From assembly GCA_964491475.1 (NCBI GenBank), contig CAZBFO010000001.1, positions 110,720 to 174,719 of the forward strand: a stretch of DNA of 64,000 nucleotides. The letters run 5' to 3'. Below, one piece after another: positions 60,860-64,000 of this stretch. How positions within the stretch are numbered: the stretch's first letter is position 1; every line of letters begins with the position of its first letter. A model generated the notes under the pieces. That model saw only the letters and a list, made by a program, of their open reading frames with translations. It made no database searches and was not told where the DNA came from. The translations under genes were made by a program, and so were the position numbers. Source of the DNA: an uncultured Gammaproteobacteria bacterium. Lineage in GTDB: Bacteria; Patescibacteriota; Patescibacteriia; SG8-24.

Positions 60860-62494
60860 ATGGAACATCCTTCCTCGGCCGAAACTGCCCAACGGCAGGA
60901 CGGCTCGATTGTCCGTGAGCTGCCACCGGAAGCCAAGAAAGAGACGGGGGACAAGCTGCCCAGCTACGTGTTCCAGGGATACACCATCGTCCGTGACGGC
61001 GATGGCGGTTTCATCGTGAAAGAGGATCGTCGCGTCCGCAACAAGCACACGGGCGAGTACCGTGATGCCGAGATTGAGACCTCGATCACTTTCACGAAGA
61101 AGCTGACCGGACTCCTTGCGGCCGATGAGACCGCCGCCGAGACCGTCGCCCGCATCTGCGACGAGCTGCGCCGCGCGCTCGACGGTAACGGCGGGGTCAA
61201 AGTGTTCTTTGACCGCAAGCGCGACAGCTTCAAAGTGTACGCCAAGTGGCGTTACGCGCTGGAACGCGGCAAGTCCCAAGACGAACGCATCCTCGACGTG
61301 CCGGTCCACGTCCTGGACTTGGTGCGTGCCAACCGCGAGTACTACAGGACCGACATCTACAACGAGTGGCACGGACCGCTGCTGCAGCGCAAACGCGAGG
61401 CGCTCATCAGCGAAAAGCTCGCCGCCGATTATCCGGAAGACGAGACCGGGCCGACCGGAACCGAAAAGGAATCGAAGGAGGAAAAAATGCTCATTACCGA
61501 TGTCCGCACCATGACGTCCATGCAGGCGCGCGAGGCGCTCAAGGCGTCCGCAGGCATGCTGGCCGACAAGTTCGCGCCGCTCTTCGCGCTGCCAGAACAG
61601 ACCGAGAAGTACCTGTCGTACGTCACCGACTTCGCCGACAGCACTTTCAAGGTGAGCTTCCGCAGCGACATGTCCAAGGACGCCTCCAACCGGATCGTCC
61701 GCGGCGTGCTGCTGGAGAAGTTCGCCGGCGACCAGGCCATGCTCTCGGCCATCGAGCAGCACCTGCCCGAACCGCCGAAGGCCGCCGAAACCGTTCCGAA
61801 AAAAGCCAAGGCAACCGATGACGACGAGCTCTTCGGCGCCGAATTGTCGGCAGAAGGGGAGGAATCCCCGGACTCCGTCCGCGAGGCCGACATGGCTGCG
61901 GCGGCACAAGCCGAGTACCTGAAGATCCGCGAAATGCTGTCCTACGTGGGCGAGGTGTCCATGCTGGAGCAGCGCATCGCCGAGCTCGAGCAGATGATCA
62001 GCCCCGACAACGGGGCCGTCTCGCGCGCCGCCCAGTTGGCGCTTGCCGAGATCGAGCTGGGCAGGATCGGCTCCGTATCCGAAAAGCGCGTGAATGATTT
62101 GCGCCGCTCGCCGGAGGAACGGAAGCTGCTGGCCGATCATCCGGAGCTCGATGCCCGCAACGTCCGCATCGACGAGAACGACCAGCTGGTGGCCTTCATT
62201 GACCGCCAGAACGTCGAGGCCGGCGTGAAGCGGGTGATGCGTCGCGTCACCGACGCCGCGCTTCGCGGCGAGGAGGTCACGGCAGTCGATGAGGAGCTGG
62301 CCGAGCGCATCGCCAACTACCTCAAGGAAATGCTTCTGGCCAAGAACCAAAGCGAGGCTACCCGGCAGCGATTCGCCGCCAGGTTGGCCTCCTACCACGT
62401 CACCGACTCCGAAGTCCACTTCAAGGACGTGCAGGCGCTGGTGACCACGGTGGCCGGACTGGCGCAAAAGCTGAAAGTCAAGGAAAAAGCCTAG
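60860..62494 (+). CDS. Hypothetical charged helical protein
   Basis: Long ORF with typical codon usage; TTGACG-N17-GATACT at 60791; terminator at 62501-62526. Confidence 0.72.
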   Translation: MEHPSSAETAQRQDGSIVRELPPEAKKETGDKLPSYVFQGYTIVRDGDGGFIVKEDRRVRNKHTGEYRDAEIETSITFTKKLTGLLAADETAAETVARICDELRRALDGNGGVKVFFDRKRDSFKVYAKWRYALERGKSQDERILDVPVHVLDLVRANREYYRTDIYNEWHGPLLQRKREALISEKLAADYPEDETGPTGTEKESKEEKMLITDVRTMTSMQAREALKASAGMLADKFAPLFALPEQTEKYLSYVTDFADSTFKVSFRSDMSKDASNRIVRGVLLEKFAGDQAMLSAIEQHLPEPPKAAETVPKKAKATDDDELFGAELSAEGEESPDSVREADMAAAAQAEYLKIREMLSYVGEVSMLEQRIAELEQMISPDNGAVSRAAQLALAEIELGRIGSVSEKRVNDLRRSPEERKLLADHPELDARNVRIDENDQLVAFIDRQNVEAGVKRVMRRVTDAALRGEEVTAVDEELAERIANYLKEMLLAKNQSEATRQRFAARLASYHVTDSEVHFKDVQALVTTVAGLAQKLKVKEKA

Positions 62495-62539
62495 GAACCG
62501 AGCGCCCCGTCAACGGGGCGCTTTTTCTTTAAAACCTCC

Positions 62540-62568
62540 TTGACCTTATCGGGCTTTTTCCCTAAAAT
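62540..62568 (+). promoter_or_regulatory. atp operon sigma70 promoter
   Basis: TTGACC-N17-TAAAAT. Confidence 0.65.
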
Positions 62569-62653
62569 CGCGTTAGTTGCCTGTGGAAAACGGGCAGCAG
62601 GCGCTGCACCCCGCCTTTCCGGAATTCGGAGACGGGTTTTATCGTTGCGTAGC

Positions 62654-62950
62654 ATGGAAACGGCTCCCAAACCTCCCGAACAGCGCGACATCGACCGCCG
62701 CTACATGCTCCTGGCCGTCAGGATCATGGGCGAGTTCGGCGCTTCCATCGCCTTGCCCGTCGTGGTGCTGGCGGTGTTGGGAAAGAAGCTGGACGCCGTC
62801 TACGGCACCGCGCCTTATCTGCGCATCGCAGGTTTCATCCTCGCTGCGGCACTGACCGCGGCCATCATCAACAAGCGCGCCCGCGACTTCGGCAGGGAGT
62901 ACGAGGCGCTCGGCAAGGAAGAAGAGGCTAATAAGGAAACGAAACAGTAG
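62654..62950 (+). CDS. AtpZ/AtpI-family protein
   Basis: FGASIALPVV...GKKLDAVYGTAP, two TM helices, directly upstream of atpB. Confidence 0.82.
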   Translation: METAPKPPEQRDIDRRYMLLAVRIMGEFGASIALPVVVLAVLGKKLDAVYGTAPYLRIAGFILAAALTAAIINKRARDFGREYEALGKEEEANKETKQ

Positions 62951-62954
62951 CACT

Positions 62955-63830
62955 ATGTCAGTTCCGGTCGCTGCCGAAAAATTGTTTTCCCTGGGCTCGC
63001 TTTCGGTGACCAATTCTCTGCTCACCGGCTGGACGGTCGTCGCCGTACTGGCGGTTTTGAGCGCAATCATCGCCAAGACCGTGGCCGAAGTCCCCAAAGG
63101 TGTGCAGAACGTGGCCGAATTCGTCCTCGAAGGCATGCTCTCCTTCATGGATCAGGTCACTCACGACCGCGCCCGTTCACGCCGCTTCCTTCCCATCATC
63201 GGGGCGCTGTTCCCGTTCATCCTTTTTTCCAACTGGCTCGGGCTGCTCCCCGGTGTCGGCACCATCGGCATCTGGGGCATGACCGGTGAAGGCAAGGAGC
63301 TTATCCCGCTTTTCCGTCCGGCCACCAGCGACCTCAACATGACCATGGCGATGAGCATCTCCGTGGTGGTGGCCTCGCATGTCATCGGCGTAATGACCAT
63401 CGGATTTTTCAAATACTGGAACAAGTTCATCCAACTGGGCAGCCTCTGGAAGGCGGTCGCCAAAATCGGCAAGCAGCCGGTGGGCGATTATGCCATCGGA
63501 GTGTTCTCGGCTCTCGTCGGCGTGATGGTCGGGCTGATCGAGCTGATGACCGAGGCGGCCAAGATGGTCTCACTGGCCCTGCGTCTCTTTGGCAACATTT
63601 TCGCCGGCGAGGTGCTGATTCACGTGCTGTCGTCACTGATGGCCTACGTCCTTCCGACGCCGTTCATGTTCCTCGAACTCATCGTCGGCATCGTGCAGGC
63701 GCTGGTGTTCTCGATGCTGACGCTGGTGTACCTGGTGCTGGCTACGGACGAGCCGCACGGTGACGACGAACATCACGAGGAAACCCACGGCAAAAAGCAT
63801 GCCGACTCTCCTGAGCAATCCCACGCGTAG
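62955..63830 (+). CDS. atpB: F0F1 ATP synthase subunit a
   Basis: NWLGLLPG, ATSDLNMT, SLALRLFGNIFAGE and GIVQALVFSMLT. Confidence 0.96.
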   Translation: MSVPVAAEKLFSLGSLSVTNSLLTGWTVVAVLAVLSAIIAKTVAEVPKGVQNVAEFVLEGMLSFMDQVTHDRARSRRFLPIIGALFPFILFSNWLGLLPGVGTIGIWGMTGEGKELIPLFRPATSDLNMTMAMSISVVVASHVIGVMTIGFFKYWNKFIQLGSLWKAVAKIGKQPVGDYAIGVFSALVGVMVGLIELMTEAAKMVSLALRLFGNIFAGEVLIHVLSSLMAYVLPTPFMFLELIVGIVQALVFSMLTLVYLVLATDEPHGDDEHHEETHGKKHADSPEQSHA

Positions 63831-63942
63831 GGGTTGAGGAGACGGTTCGACGCCCCCGTGCATACGGCGGACTTCGAACCTCACCCTTAACCGAAGCGGA
63901 AGAAGGCGACCCCCGTCGACCAGAACGCTTCACGTCACCACT

Positions 63943-64000
63943 ATGGCAGACCCCGCAATGCTGGCGTCAGTCAGTCCGGAATCGGTCAAGATTTTCACCA
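63943..64000 (+). CDS. atpE: Probable ATP synthase subunit c, N-terminus (truncated by the window)
   Basis: CTATG start after atpB (MADPAMLASVSPESVKIFT); identity inferred from operon order only. Confidence 0.55.
   Translation, partial: MADPAMLASVSPESVKIFT

Noticed and set aside
63831-63890. tRNA-like GGTTCGA motif
   Set aside because: No cloverleaf, D-arm or anticodon arm; GTTCGA pairs with the downstream TCGAAC instead.

Overview
A GC-rich bacterial chromosome segment (genetic code 11; TGA is used as a stop). It most likely comes from a Patescibacteria/CPR genome, possibly Uhrbacteria-like. That assignment is inferred from SD-less 'TATG' starts, a short MetG with a HIGF motif, CPR-style surface-repeat proteins and many orphan genes. 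It holds about 65 CDSs. Housekeeping genes: HU, pepF, uppP, thiI, rsmI, metG, tatD x2 and the start of the atp operon. Redox and metal genes, unusually rich for CPR: an rrf2-sufBDSUC-sufT operon, divergent icd/acnA, Fe/Mn-SOD, glutaredoxin, thioredoxin-like protein, CcdA and CopA. There are also several putative peptidoglycan-active exported proteins and two alternative sigma factors. No rRNA, tRNA, CRISPR array, transposase or integrase was seen. Main observations: (1) a cluster of five divergent paralogous lipoproteins at 13.7-16.9 kb; (2) a ~91-94 nt long-hairpin element in two near-identical inverted copies (sufB/sufD and rsmI/metG); (3) a DUF378 membrane protein fused to a 14-Cys, metallothionein/SEC-C-like tail directly after copA; (4) an ECF sigma/anti-sigma locus with a shared GTTAC-N15-TCGTT motif before both the ECF gene and the DUF4349 gene; (5) a perfect palindromic operator before a Cys-poor Rrf2; (6) apparently leaderless core genes versus SD-led orphan genes. 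All family calls come from motif recognition by eye; no database searches were run.
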